From an uncultured Gemmataceae bacterium (lineage in GTDB: Bacteria; Planctomycetota; Planctomycetia; Gemmatales; Gemmataceae), in NCBI GenBank assembly GCA_963750165.1, contig CAVVPN010000004.1, forward strand, positions 1,276,910-1,340,909: a DNA stretch of 64,000 bases. Reading direction: 5' to 3'. A program made the translations under genes and the position numbers. Under the pieces are notes generated by a model that worked only from the letters and a program-made list of their open reading frames with translations, ran no database searches and was not told the origin of the DNA. Positions 1-9,610 of this stretch are shown here, piece after piece. How positions within the stretch are numbered: the stretch's first letter is position 1; each line of letters opens with the position of its first letter.

Positions 1-507
1 CGGAAAAATGCTGGAATCGATGGTGAACCCCTCCTCAATGAGCACGTCCAGGGCCCAGAGGCTGCTGGCGTCGATGGAGAAACTCGGCGCCCGAAAGGCG
101 CAAATCGCCGAGCCGCTGGCGTCTTCAATCACGCGCCTGGCCAGCCGAAGATCGTTCCGAAACGTCGCCGGTAATTGCCGGTATACCAACTGGTGCCAGT
201 AACCATGACAGCCAACTTCGTGGCCTTCCTCTACAATTCGCCGGATGAGCTTCGGGTAGCGGTCGGCCACCCAGCCGAGGACAAAAAATGTGCCCTTGCT
301 CGGCGTCTCCGCCAGTAAATCCAGGACGATGTTCGTCGCAAACTCGACCCGGGATCGGTAGCCCTCCCAGCTCCGCGGGCGGATCATTCTGGAAAACCCA
401 GAAACGTGATAATAATCCTCAACGTCAATAGTGAGCGCGTTGGGCGGCAATGCGATGTTGCCAGTCCCCTGTGCATAACCCGTGACGGGCTCAGTGGTGC
501 CGATCAT
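1..507 (-). CDS. XrtA-system polysaccharide deacetylase (DUF3473), partial; runs off window start
   Basis: Not in the ORF track. Manual translation gives NALTIDVEDYYHVSGF...TFFVLGWVA...GHEVGCHGYWH...FRAPSFSI (NodB-type motifs). ATG overlaps the upstream GT2 stop (ATGA). Confidence 0.88.
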   Translation of the reverse strand, partial: MIGTTEPVTGYAQGTGNIALPPNALTIDVEDYYHVSGFSRMIRPRSWEGYRSRVEFATNIVLDLLAETPSKGTFFVLGWVADRYPKLIRRIVEEGHEVGCHGYWHQLVYRQLPATFRNDLRLARRVIEDASGSAICAFRAPSFSIDASSLWALDVLIEEGFTIDSSIFP

Positions 508-1553
508 GAATGCTCTCTCCTCTCTGATCGAAAGCTGCTGGCCCCCAAGAACAGTTCCTTGACCAGCCCCGTCGCGGTACCGAGGTGTACCGTGAGAAAA
601 GCCGCGAACACCAAGAGCAACGTCAGCACGTCCGGTCGTCGCCGGTAATAGATACGAACCGTTTCCAGCAGCAGGGCCAGGAAGTATGCCAGCACGGCGG
701 CCAGTTGCGGCAGCAACAACCAACGGCAAAACAGGACCGATAACGGGACAGCGATGAACAAAACCCACACCGCGAGCGGGCAACATAACGCCACGGAAAA
801 TGCGTCCGGATGTTTACGAATCAGCCGCGCCCGACCCCGCCCATACCGGACCATCTGGCGGAACAATCCCGCCAGAGTCGTCCGCGGCGCGTAGTCAAGG
901 CGGATGGCCTCCGAGAAGAAACAGCTAAACCCCTTCCGGCGCAGGCGGTGATTCAGTTCCACGTCCTCACAGGCATCGAAACGTTCGTCGAAAAGGCCAG
1001 CCCTCGAGAACACGCCGCGGCGGTAGGCCACCGCGACACTGGTTGGGTCGGCGTACACGCTGCCGCCGGAGTAGATCAGGGACGATGGATTGTGACCGAC
1101 CCAGGACGACCGCGCCAGCGCGATCGCGCGCTGAGCACGGGTTACACATTCACCCTCCAGCGGTTGGGGACGGCCCAGGCAGTCCGCATCGGAGATCTCA
1201 AACAGCCGAATAATTGACTTCAAATACTTCCGATCCTTCAGGTCGCAGTGGCCGTCCACGATCACCACGTAATCGCCGCTGGAGTTGTTAACGCCGATAT
1301 TCCGACCAGAACTGGCCAGCTTGCCGGGGTTATCTACCAGCGCCACGCAGGGGTAACGGTGCGCGAACCGGCGGACGACCTCTCGCGTATCGTCCACTGA
1401 GCGGCCGTCGGCGACGACCACCTCCAGAGCCCCGGTCGGCAAATCCTGCGAAACTAACTGGCTCAGGACTTTCTCAATGTAACGGGACTCGTTCCTGACC
1501 GGGACAACCACGCTGACCGTGGGGGCAATGGGCATGCGGTGTTTTCCTCCCAT
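504..1553 (-). CDS. Glycosyltransferase family 2 (ExoA-like)
   Basis: VSVVVPVRNE, DGRSVDDT, VDGHC, FDERFDACEDVELNHRL; C-terminal TM helices. Confidence 0.88.
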   Translation of the reverse strand: MGGKHRMPIAPTVSVVVPVRNESRYIEKVLSQLVSQDLPTGALEVVVADGRSVDDTREVVRRFAHRYPCVALVDNPGKLASSGRNIGVNNSSGDYVVIVDGHCDLKDRKYLKSIIRLFEISDADCLGRPQPLEGECVTRAQRAIALARSSWVGHNPSSLIYSGGSVYADPTSVAVAYRRGVFSRAGLFDERFDACEDVELNHRLRRKGFSCFFSEAIRLDYAPRTTLAGLFRQMVRYGRGRARLIRKHPDAFSVALCCPLAVWVLFIAVPLSVLFCRWLLLPQLAAVLAYFLALLLETVRIYYRRRPDVLTLLLVFAAFLTVHLGTATGLVKELFLGASSFRSERREHS

Positions 1554-1592
1554 GGAATGGACCCGTCCGTATTTGGTGATCGCATCTCGGTC

Positions 1593-2252
1593 TTACCGAG
1601 CCAGCGCCAATACTTCCTCCTCCAGGGCACGCGCCAGGCGGGGCAGGAGGTCGCCGCACACATCCGGGCTGGGCGCGTCGTTGAGGTTCTCCAGTTCGTG
1701 AAGGACGTATAACTTGTGCAACACCTTGTTGCGATGAAAGCTCAGGCGCGGGTTTTTGGAAACCGTCCAGTTCCCGTCGGCGTACCACGTCCAGTAGATG
1801 CGCAGGTTGTTCTGTTTACCGGTTCGGTTTTTCTTGAACCGGGCGGTATACACGTCTCCGGTTCGACCGTCGGTACAGGTAAACGATTCGGTGGATTGCG
1901 GATCCATGTCATAGCCGATGGCGGCATAACAGACATCGGGCGTGTGAATCGACACCTTGCCGGGCCGGCCGCACCCCAGGAACACCTTGATGCGCTTGCC
2001 CGTCTCCGCATGCTGGTAAAGCACCTCAATGCTGGCCGCCAGACCGCTGGCCTTACCGGTGTGATTGTCCAGCACCTCGCCCTTCCACGGGCCAAGTTCC
2101 ATCGGGAAGTGCTGGAAATTGTTTACCGCCGCCTCCAGGTCCTGCGGGTCCATCCAGCGGTCGGTCCACATCCCGTGGACGATGCCCGAGGCAAGAATCA
2201 GGCCGCCACAGGTCAGCAACGCGAGAGCCTTCATGGCTATTCCTTTCGTCAT
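1593..2252 (-). CDS. Exosortase-associated EpsI-family protein
   Basis: N-terminal TM, PMELGPWKG, HTPDVCY motif; downstream of the exosortase. Confidence 0.8.
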   Translation of the reverse strand: MTKGIAMKALALLTCGGLILASGIVHGMWTDRWMDPQDLEAAVNNFQHFPMELGPWKGEVLDNHTGKASGLAASIEVLYQHAETGKRIKVFLGCGRPGKVSIHTPDVCYAAIGYDMDPQSTESFTCTDGRTGDVYTARFKKNRTGKQNNLRIYWTWYADGNWTVSKNPRLSFHRNKVLHKLYVLHELENLNDAPSPDVCGDLLPRLARALEEEVLALAR

Positions 2253-2257
2253 TCCGT

Positions 2258-4504
2258 TTACGCGCTCGCCATCTCCGCCGGGATGCCGCTCAGCACCGCT
2301 CCCAGCACCGGAACCTCCAGGGCGATCAGGCGGTTCAGGGCGTTACCCACCCAGGGCGACCGGCTTACGTTCCGCATCAGGGAAATCAACACCGCGTCCA
2401 CATGCTGGGCAATCAGCAGCGAGTCCGTCGCGGCCAGGAGCGGGTGTGAGTCGATGATGATAAAATCATATTCCTCTTTCAGTTGGCTAATGAACTCCGA
2501 GAGGATCGGCGTGGCGAGTTCCTGGATCACCTCGCGGTCCCACTGACCAGCCGGAATGAATGACAGGTTCGGGTGCGTCGTCGTGGGCCGGATGGACGCC
2601 TCCACCGGCACCTCGCGGGCCAACACCTCACAGAACCCGGGCTGCAACGTCTGCTCAAACACCTGATGGAGCGTCGGCCGGCGAAAGTCGCAATCGACCA
2701 GCAGCGTCCGCTTCCCCGTTGCGGCCAGGCTCACGGCCACGTTGTAGGCGAAGGTGGATTTTCCCTCGCCGGCGGCGGCGCTGGTCACCATGATGAGGCG
2801 GGCCGGGTCGGACGTTTGGCGGCGCAACAACATCGTGCGAATGCAGTCCACCGACTCGATCAGGTCGCGGGAACTACTCATGTCCATTTCAAAGAAACTG
2901 CACACCTTCCGCGGTCGAGCGATCCCCAGGGGCGGGATGGTACCGACCACGCGCAGGCCGAACTGATTCGTTACCTCGTTGGGGGATTGGATCTTGCCCA
3001 TGCGGCATTCAAAGTATGCGATGCCCAGGCAAACCGAACCCGCCGCGAACAGCGGGGCCAGCAGGATGATGATGAGTCGCTTCTTCGCGTCCTTCACCTG
3101 CCAGACGGCTTCCTGACAGAGCGACACCCGCGGCTCGGATTCCACCTCGATCTGAAACAGTTTCAACTGATCGAGGAGCCCGCCGAGCTTTGTCTGATCC
3201 TGCTGAATGTCGATGTTCAGGATTTCGATCTTACTATTCCAGAAACTGAGGTCTTCGGTCTCTTTTTTCAGTACTCCGACCCGGTCGCTCATCTTCTTCA
3301 TCTGCGTTTGCAGGGGGCCCAGTTCCGCACGCAGCACTTCCACATTCCCCCGGTGCTCGGCTTCCAGTTTCGCTCGCGCACCTTCCAGGATTTTCGCCTT
3401 CAACTGTTTGCTGTAGTCGTCAATCTCCTTTTTGAGCATGGTAATCTGATTCACAATGTTCCGGTAGTGCGAATCGGTCGGTGGGTGGATCCCCTGGATG
3501 CTACTGAACGTCGAACTAAGTCTCGACAGTTTGTCCATTTTTGCCTTCATCTCTGGATCGGCGTTGATTTCTGGACCCAGTGAACCAGCGCGGATGTCAT
3601 CCTCGCTCACAACTTTTTTCACGGACTGGTAGGCTTCAATTTTCTGTTTGAGCTTCTGTTCGTCATATGTGAGCCGATCCATCTCCCGTTGCGCTTCCAG
3701 CAGCCGGGCCTGGCAACTCTGAAACTTGGCAATCAGCGAGAGCGGGTCGTTCACTCCCTGGACCTTGATGAGGTTCTTTCGCTCGTTAATCTTTGTTTCG
3801 AGTTTGTCGCGGGCGTCGTTTACGATCCTTTTCAACTTCTCGACCCGGTCCATTTTTCCCTGGGCTTCCTTGCCGCTGACGATGTTCAGGTACGAATTCG
3901 TCAAGCCGTTCGCCAAAATGACCAACTCTTCCGGGTCATCTCCCGAAACGGTCAGGGTGAGGAGTTCGTTGCCGTCCTGGAAGTCAATCTTGATCTCGTC
4001 CTCCAGCCAGGTCAGGGTGCTCACCACATCACGGAACTGGCGGATCATCTGGAGGTTTCGCACCTGGTCCTGTTTCAACGCCCCGAGATACACGTCACGA
4101 CTCTTGATGCGGGTCGCCTGCGTCTTCATGAAGGTCGAAAAGTCGTTGCGGAAATTACCGCGCTCGATGAGCGGATTCGTGTAGGCCGACACCTGTAACG
4201 TCGAGTATGCGGAAAACTTGGTCGGCACCAGCACCCAGGCCAGCGCCCCGGCGGCGGCGGCGGCGATGGCGGCGAAGCAGACTGCGACCATCCAGCGGCG
4301 CTGCAAGGCGCCGAGCAGCGCCGGCAGGCTCGGCGCCCCGGATTGCCTTTGCGGCGGTAGCGCTGGCGGCTGGTAGTAACCGGCGGGGGCCAGTTCTTCG
4401 CTCTGGAACACGGGAGCACGGTACGGCAGCAGCGGCCCGGCGGGCAGCGTCTTTTCCGGCTTCCCCTGCGGCAACTCCGGGCTATCCACTTCGCTCGACA
4501 ACAC
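2258..4504 (-). CDS. Polysaccharide co-polymerase / tyrosine autokinase (Wzc-like)
   Basis: Two TM helices flanking a coiled-coil region; VTSAAAGEGKS Walker A, LVDCDFRRP, IIIDSHP. GTG at 4504 follows GAGGAG. The 1160-aa ORF is an artefactual fusion with the exosortase. Confidence 0.85.
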   Translation of the reverse strand: MLSSEVDSPELPQGKPEKTLPAGPLLPYRAPVFQSEELAPAGYYQPPALPPQRQSGAPSLPALLGALQRRWMVAVCFAAIAAAAAGALAWVLVPTKFSAYSTLQVSAYTNPLIERGNFRNDFSTFMKTQATRIKSRDVYLGALKQDQVRNLQMIRQFRDVVSTLTWLEDEIKIDFQDGNELLTLTVSGDDPEELVILANGLTNSYLNIVSGKEAQGKMDRVEKLKRIVNDARDKLETKINERKNLIKVQGVNDPLSLIAKFQSCQARLLEAQREMDRLTYDEQKLKQKIEAYQSVKKVVSEDDIRAGSLGPEINADPEMKAKMDKLSRLSSTFSSIQGIHPPTDSHYRNIVNQITMLKKEIDDYSKQLKAKILEGARAKLEAEHRGNVEVLRAELGPLQTQMKKMSDRVGVLKKETEDLSFWNSKIEILNIDIQQDQTKLGGLLDQLKLFQIEVESEPRVSLCQEAVWQVKDAKKRLIIILLAPLFAAGSVCLGIAYFECRMGKIQSPNEVTNQFGLRVVGTIPPLGIARPRKVCSFFEMDMSSSRDLIESVDCIRTMLLRRQTSDPARLIMVTSAAAGEGKSTFAYNVAVSLAATGKRTLLVDCDFRRPTLHQVFEQTLQPGFCEVLAREVPVEASIRPTTTHPNLSFIPAGQWDREVIQELATPILSEFISQLKEEYDFIIIDSHPLLAATDSLLIAQHVDAVLISLMRNVSRSPWVGNALNRLIALEVPVLGAVLSGIPAEMASA

Positions 4505-4565
4505 GGATTCTCTCCTCTGTTTCTGGACGTGGTGACGGGATCGAAACCGGTGATGGGACGGTCGC

Positions 4566-5556
4566 TTACTGGGCGGTCGGCTCCGGGACGGACGTGTTCG
4601 CCGGCGGCACGGCCTGCTGCTGGGCACGCAGGATGCGGTTGCGCCGCACCCGCGCCTGAATACCTGGGGCGCCACCGGCATCGGCGCGACCGGGGACTGG
4701 TCCGCATCTGCGAGGAACAACCGTTTGAGGACGAGCAGCTCCAGGCCCAGCAGCGCCAGGGCCACGGGCATCATCAACCAGCCGGCCAGGTCGTGGAACA
4801 CGGCTTCGGCAATCTCCTTGCCGGCAGCCTCATAGAGCACGCCCGTAATGGTGATGCGCAGGATATTGGCGAAGAGGGCGATTGGCGCCGCGCTGGCCAC
4901 CACTAGCACGCGCTCCCATAACGGTTTGTTCAGGAACATGGCGACCGCGGTCGCGATGGCGAAGAACACAAATAACATGCGCAGACCGCTGCAGGCCTCG
5001 ACCACACCCAACTCAAATTCGTTCAGCAAAATAACATTAGCCTCGGCCACGGCGGGGCGGCCCAGAACCTGTAACGCAAAGGTGCTCGCCTCCGTGGCCA
5101 TCCGCTGCAACGGCGCCGCGAATTGAATGGAGAAATTGTAAGGCAACGGGATCATGAAGCCGAGAAAGGCGATGGCCGGCCAGGCGTGGCGCAGGGCCGT
5201 CCAGCCGCCGTACAGCACGACCAACCCGGCGATGCCGGCAACAGCGAAATCGGGTCGAGGTAGACGTAGTGGAAATAGGTGCCGGCGAGACGCAGCACGG
5301 TGGCGGCTAACACGATGGCCAGGCCCCAGGCACGGCCGGTCAAGCCGCTGTCCAGCAGGGCCTTGCGACGGCCCCACAGCACGACCAGGGAAAACAGCGG
5401 CACCAGGTAGCCGTGCGAATATTGCGGCTCGTGCTCCCAGCGCTCCGCCATCTCGGTCAGGGTCGGCCAGTAGGCCCAGAACAGGCCCGCGGTCAGGAAA
5501 CCGAGCATGATCGTGCTGAACCCCAGGCCCCGACGCTCGCCCGTTGCATGTTCCAT
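4566..5556 (-). CDS. Exosortase (EpsH family), frameshifted near 5245 and 4660
   Basis: W..EPQYSHGYLVP N-terminus; VVEACSGLR catalytic Cys; ANILRI Arg; FHDLAG His. Confidence 0.88.
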
Positions 5557-5806
5557 TTTCGCAGCCCTCCCTGGCAGCTCGGCGATTGATCCTACTCCTG
5601 ACCAGTGGTCCAGGAGCGGTTTCCCAGCAAACCCCGTCGGCCCGGTTGACTTCCTTGCACCGGGCGTTGCTTCCTGCGGGCGGCGACCGGCGTTTACCGG
5701 CCTTCCTGGTTCTCAGGCTTCCGCCGCCTGATGGGGGCATCTTACATTCACTGCGCGAATGAAGTCAACCAGGGTTTGGAGAAGACCTGGGGTGGCGTTT
5801 GATTTT

Positions 5807-5867
5807 CGTAGTGCGGGTGGGCCCGCCTGCACAGGGAGCGTGTGCAGGCGGGCCCACCCGCACCACG
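5807..5867. repeat. GTAG-type REP-like palindrome
   Basis: cgtagtgcgggtgggcccgcctgcac...gtgcaggcgggcccacccgcaccacg; related copy at 14052-14109. Confidence 0.7.
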
Positions 5868-6034
5868 GCAATGGCAAACTTATCCAGCCCGCCCAGGTTC
5901 GTTGGACTGGGAAATTAGGGAAGGCGAGGAAGAGACTCTGAATTTGAGAATGGAAAACCTACATCGGCCGCAGGAACCTGGCAAAGTCCATTACAACGCG
6001 ACCCTGCTACAACCGATGGGAAGAGCAGAATGGG

Positions 6035-7555
6035 ATGTTCCCATCCATCACGCACGGAGGCTGCGCGCGGGACTTTTTGGCCCGGGCCCCAGGGAACAGG
6101 ATGCTCAGGAGACGGGACATGCCACACGGACGACGGAGGGGCTGGCCGTTGCCAGCGGTCATTTGCCTGTCGTGCGGGTTCCTGGCGTCGGGGTGCGCGA
6201 TCACCCCGACCACCGGCGACGCCAAGCCGGCGCCCATGTGGACCGCGAAGGGCAGCCCGGCCCGGGCCAACGGTCAAACGCCCACGGTCCAGGCGGCGAA
6301 CCAGCAGGCAGACAGCATTCAGCCGCGGGCCATCCTGAGCTACAGCATTGCCGTCAAGAACGGCCCGCCCGGCCTGTCCCTGGGGCAGGGGCAGGCCATC
6401 GTCGGCCCGGACGGCACCGCTGTCGTGGGGGCGTACGGATCCATTATCGTCAAGGACTTGACCGTAGCGCAGGCGACCGCGGTCATCGAAAAACACATCG
6501 CCGGGGCCGAACCGCGTTACACGCCGGTCGTGCGCCTGGCCCTGGTCGGGCCGATCCAGCAGGCCCAGGCCCTCGGCGAATGGTCCGCGCCGCCGCGGGG
6601 CAACGAGGCGTCCGTCGTCCCCGGCGTGGTTCCGTGGAACGGCACCAAAACCAACCCGGCGCCCAAAGCCACCCCAACGCCGCCGGTCCTGACGCCGGCT
6701 CAAAAAACGGTGCCGGACGCGCTGGGGGGGATGCAGTGGCAAAAGGGGCCCGCGGCGGAAGAACTGCCGAACCCGCGAACCATGAACCCGCCGGCCGACG
6801 CGGGTCAAGCAGCACCCGGGGCGGTCGATCCGTCGCACCCGCCGCTGGCGCCGTACCCGCCGGTGCCGACCGAAGGCAACAAGGTGACGCTGCCGATTTA
6901 TCGCGTGGCGCCGCCGGACATCCTGCAGATCAACGCGGCGGAAGCCCTGCTGACGCAACCCGTCTTCGGGCCGCATCTGGTGCGGCCGGACGGCAGCGTG
7001 AGCATCGGAGCCTACGGCTCGGCGTATGTCGCCGGACTCACCCTGGACGAGGCCAAGATGGCCATTGCTCGCGTCATTTACGCCCGGCTCAACCAGAAAG
7101 AAAAGACGCTCGACGATGTCTACAAGGGCCTGGCCGTGGACGTGGCAGCCTATAACAGCAACGTCTATTACGTCATCACGGATCGCGTTGGCTTTGGCGA
7201 GATCGTGGTACGGCTGCCGATCACCGGCAACGAAACCGTTCTGGACGCGATCGGCCATGTCAACGGTTTGCCCCCGGAATCGGCCCGTGGGCAAATCTGG
7301 GTGGCGCGGCGCAGCGCCGACGCGCACAAGGAAATCGTCCTGCCGGTGGACTGGTGCGGCATCACGCAACATGGACTCATGACCACCAACTACCAGGTGC
7401 TGCCGGGCGACCGGGTCTTCGTGAAGGCGTCGCGGCTGATTACCTTTAACTTCGTGCTGGGCAAGTTCCTGGCCCCAATCGAGCGACTGTTCGGCGTGAC
7501 CCTGCTCGCCAGCCAGGCGGTCAACTCGATCAGCAGCGGCGGGACGGTGCGGTGA
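6035..7555 (+). CDS. Polysaccharide export protein (Wza/Poly_export-SLBB, planctomycete type); start uncertain
   Basis: YRVAPPDILQI, HLVRPDGSVSIGAYG, LPITGNETVLDAI, TNYQVLPGDRVFV; possible lipobox LASGC. Confidence 0.85.
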   Translation: MFPSITHGGCARDFLARAPGNRMLRRRDMPHGRRRGWPLPAVICLSCGFLASGCAITPTTGDAKPAPMWTAKGSPARANGQTPTVQAANQQADSIQPRAILSYSIAVKNGPPGLSLGQGQAIVGPDGTAVVGAYGSIIVKDLTVAQATAVIEKHIAGAEPRYTPVVRLALVGPIQQAQALGEWSAPPRGNEASVVPGVVPWNGTKTNPAPKATPTPPVLTPAQKTVPDALGGMQWQKGPAAEELPNPRTMNPPADAGQAAPGAVDPSHPPLAPYPPVPTEGNKVTLPIYRVAPPDILQINAAEALLTQPVFGPHLVRPDGSVSIGAYGSAYVAGLTLDEAKMAIARVIYARLNQKEKTLDDVYKGLAVDVAAYNSNVYYVITDRVGFGEIVVRLPITGNETVLDAIGHVNGLPPESARGQIWVARRSADAHKEIVLPVDWCGITQHGLMTTNYQVLPGDRVFVKASRLITFNFVLGKFLAPIERLFGVTLLASQAVNSISSGGTVR

Positions 7556-7622
7556 CGGCGGCCGCCTGCGGCCCCTTGACAGTGGTTCGGATTGGGTTAG
7601 CTTACTGATGAGAGAGGGGATA

Positions 7623-7699
7623 ATGCCTGGGCGAGCGGCGCGGCGTCAGCCGGTGACGGCACTACCAGCGGGCTGACGCCACGCCGCTCGCCCAGGCAT
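7623..7699. repeat. Intergenic inverted repeat (REP-like)
   Basis: atgcctgggcgagcggcgcggcgtcagcc...ggctgacgccacgccgctcgcccaggcat. Confidence 0.75.
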
Positions 7700-7769
7700 G
7701 ACCCTGGCCGGGCTGGACTCAGAAATAAACGTCGGGTTCGCGATTCGTACTCGAAATCAGGAAACCAAC

Positions 7770-8318
7770 ATGAACCGATTCCTTATGCGTGTTGCGGTGC
7801 CGGTGGTCCTGCTCGCCGGGCTGGCCCGCCCCTGTTACGCCCAATACGGCGGGGGATATGGCGGGGGCTTCGGCGGCGGTTACGGCGGCGGCTTCGGCGG
7901 CGGCTTCGGCGCGAGCTATGGCGGCTTCGGCGGCGGTTACGGCGGCGGTTACGGCGGGGGCTTCGGCGGTTACGGCGGGGGCTCGAACGTGACCCCGTAC
8001 CTCGGCCTGCTCACCGGAAATCCGGCCGCCAACTACACCCGGCTGGTGCAGCCCTTCACCCAACCGCAGCGCTTTGACAGCCGCTTCCAGTACCAGAATC
8101 TCGGCAACTTCCAGCAAACGCTTCCGCCCCTCGAGGTGGCCGCCGAGCGCCTGCCGCAGAACCCCCCGACCGGCCACCCGGTCGGCTTCCTGAACTATGG
8201 CTCGTTCTACCCCCTCGCTTACAGCGGCCCCCGGGGTGGGTCCACCTTCCTGAGCCCCTTCCAGCTGCGGCAGCAGACCCAGCCGGCCCAGGCAGGCCAG
8301 CCGACCCGGACCCGCTAA
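7770..8318 (+). CDS. Secreted glycine-rich hypothetical protein
   Basis: Signal peptide MNRFLMRVAVPVVLLAGLARPCYA followed by GGGY/GGGF repeats. Confidence 0.7.
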   Translation: MNRFLMRVAVPVVLLAGLARPCYAQYGGGYGGGFGGGYGGGFGGGFGASYGGFGGGYGGGYGGGFGGYGGGSNVTPYLGLLTGNPAANYTRLVQPFTQPQRFDSRFQYQNLGNFQQTLPPLEVAAERLPQNPPTGHPVGFLNYGSFYPLAYSGPRGGSTFLSPFQLRQQTQPAQAGQPTRTR

Positions 8319-8325
8319 TCCGGAG

Positions 8326-8495
8326 GATTCACCACAGCGAGCGCAGAGAAAAGACAGCAGAGTCGATCCACAGATGACACCGATGGAACACAGATAAAAA
8401 CAAATTCAAATGTCTTTATCTGCGTGCATCGGTGTCATCTGTGGATCGACTCTGCTGTCTTTTCTCTGCGCTCGCTGCGTGCTCTGTGGTGAATC
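8326..8495. repeat. Long nested palindrome (ACCACAG-type outer arms, CCACAGATG-type inner arms)
   Basis: gattcaccacag...ctgtggtgaatc; outer arms shared with 48943-49042. Confidence 0.85.
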
Positions 8496-8501
8496 ATCAC
8501 T

Positions 8502-9110
8502 TCACCTGGCCGCGCGTCTGAGGCGGTTTCTGCGCCAGGCACAGAAGCCCGTCACGCCGGCGCCGATCAGCGCCGACATCAGCGAGGCCGGTTCGGGCAC
8601 CGAGCTGACCGGCGGCGCCTGCGGCGGCGGCGGCACCACGGGCGGCCCCTGCGGCGACCAGCACCAGGACTGCCATTGCCAGGTCTGGGTGTACGGCGAT
8701 ACCACGGGCGGCGGCGTGACCACGGGAGTGATCACAGGAGTAACGACGGGAGTGGTCGTGGGTGCCGGGTTGTAGCTGATGACCACCGCCGTCTGCGCCA
8801 GCACACTGGCCCGCACGAACAGCTCGCGGAGAGCCGCCTCGTCCCCCGGTTGCAGGTGCCGGAGCGCATCCTCCCAGTCCCCCTCAGCGCCGGCATCGGG
8901 GCGCGGCGACTCGTCCTGCGGCTGGAACTGCTGGCCTGGTTGGCCAGCCACGGCCGCCAGGACCACGGGCACGCCGGCCGTCGTTACGACCGCGGGAGAA
9001 CGCGGGACCAGGTGATCCGCCCGGGCCGCCGGCGCGAAGCCCACCGCCAGCACGGCCGCCGTCAGGAGCGCCAGTCCAGGCCACAGCCGAGAAGGTTTCC
9101 TGGTTTTCAT
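8502..9110 (-). CDS. PEP-CTERM sorting domain protein
   Basis: Signal peptide; C-terminal VPEPASLMSALIGAGVTGFCAWRRNRLRR. Confidence 0.88.
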   Translation of the reverse strand: MKTRKPSRLWPGLALLTAAVLAVGFAPAARADHLVPRSPAVVTTAGVPVVLAAVAGQPGQQFQPQDESPRPDAGAEGDWEDALRHLQPGDEAALRELFVRASVLAQTAVVISYNPAPTTTPVVTPVITPVVTPPPVVSPYTQTWQWQSWCWSPQGPPVVPPPPQAPPVSSVPEPASLMSALIGAGVTGFCAWRRNRLRRAAR

Positions 9111-9273
9111 ATGGCTTGACCCCTTATGCTCATCTCATTCCGGCCGTCCGTGCAGCACGAACGGCAATGGGAGGCGGATACTAGCGACTTGGGTTCTCCC
9201 TGAAAAGCTCAAATTCGGGTCTTTTGATGCTGGGAATTCTGGGGAAGAGCGCCGAATCTCGACGTGTGAAAAA

Positions 9274-9313
9274 GTTGGCGTTCTTGGCGTCCTTGGCGTT
9301 CTTGCTGTGGCAA
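9274..9313. repeat. 9-bp tandem repeat unit ending CTTGCTGTGGCAA
   Basis: gttggcgttcttggcgtccttggcgttcttgctgtggcaa; related copy at 48068-48107. Confidence 0.65.
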
Positions 9314-9610
9314 GCCACGCCAGCCGATGTCCGCTGATGTCAACTCCCCACCTTGCCGCGTTTCGCGAAACCTGCGCAACGGCAATCGCCTTTGTCGAAC
9401 GTTCCGACTCGCCAAATTGTGTGCATCCTCCCTTTTCGCCGATTTACTCTTACTCTGCTCGATTCAGTGCCGATGTTGGCAGAGAAGTGGGTTGTGTCTG
9501 CGGCGGGGTTAACTATCTTGCCTTGTTTAACCACCGGGGTCCCCTTCCCGGCCGCGATCCAAACCCCCTACCTCCGCCGCGAGCGGTCCTTTTTCAGGCA
9601 GGGCGACGCC

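Noticed and set aside
4566..4590. Exosortase tail SVPEPTAQ* as a self PEP-CTERM signal
   Set aside because: No TM helix or basic cluster follows, and the frame depends on an inferred correction.
2258..5740. 1160-aa exosortase-Wzc fusion
   Set aside because: The junction is out-of-frame-looking sequence. An alternative frame ends the exosortase at 4566, and Wzc has its own RBS and GTG at 4504.
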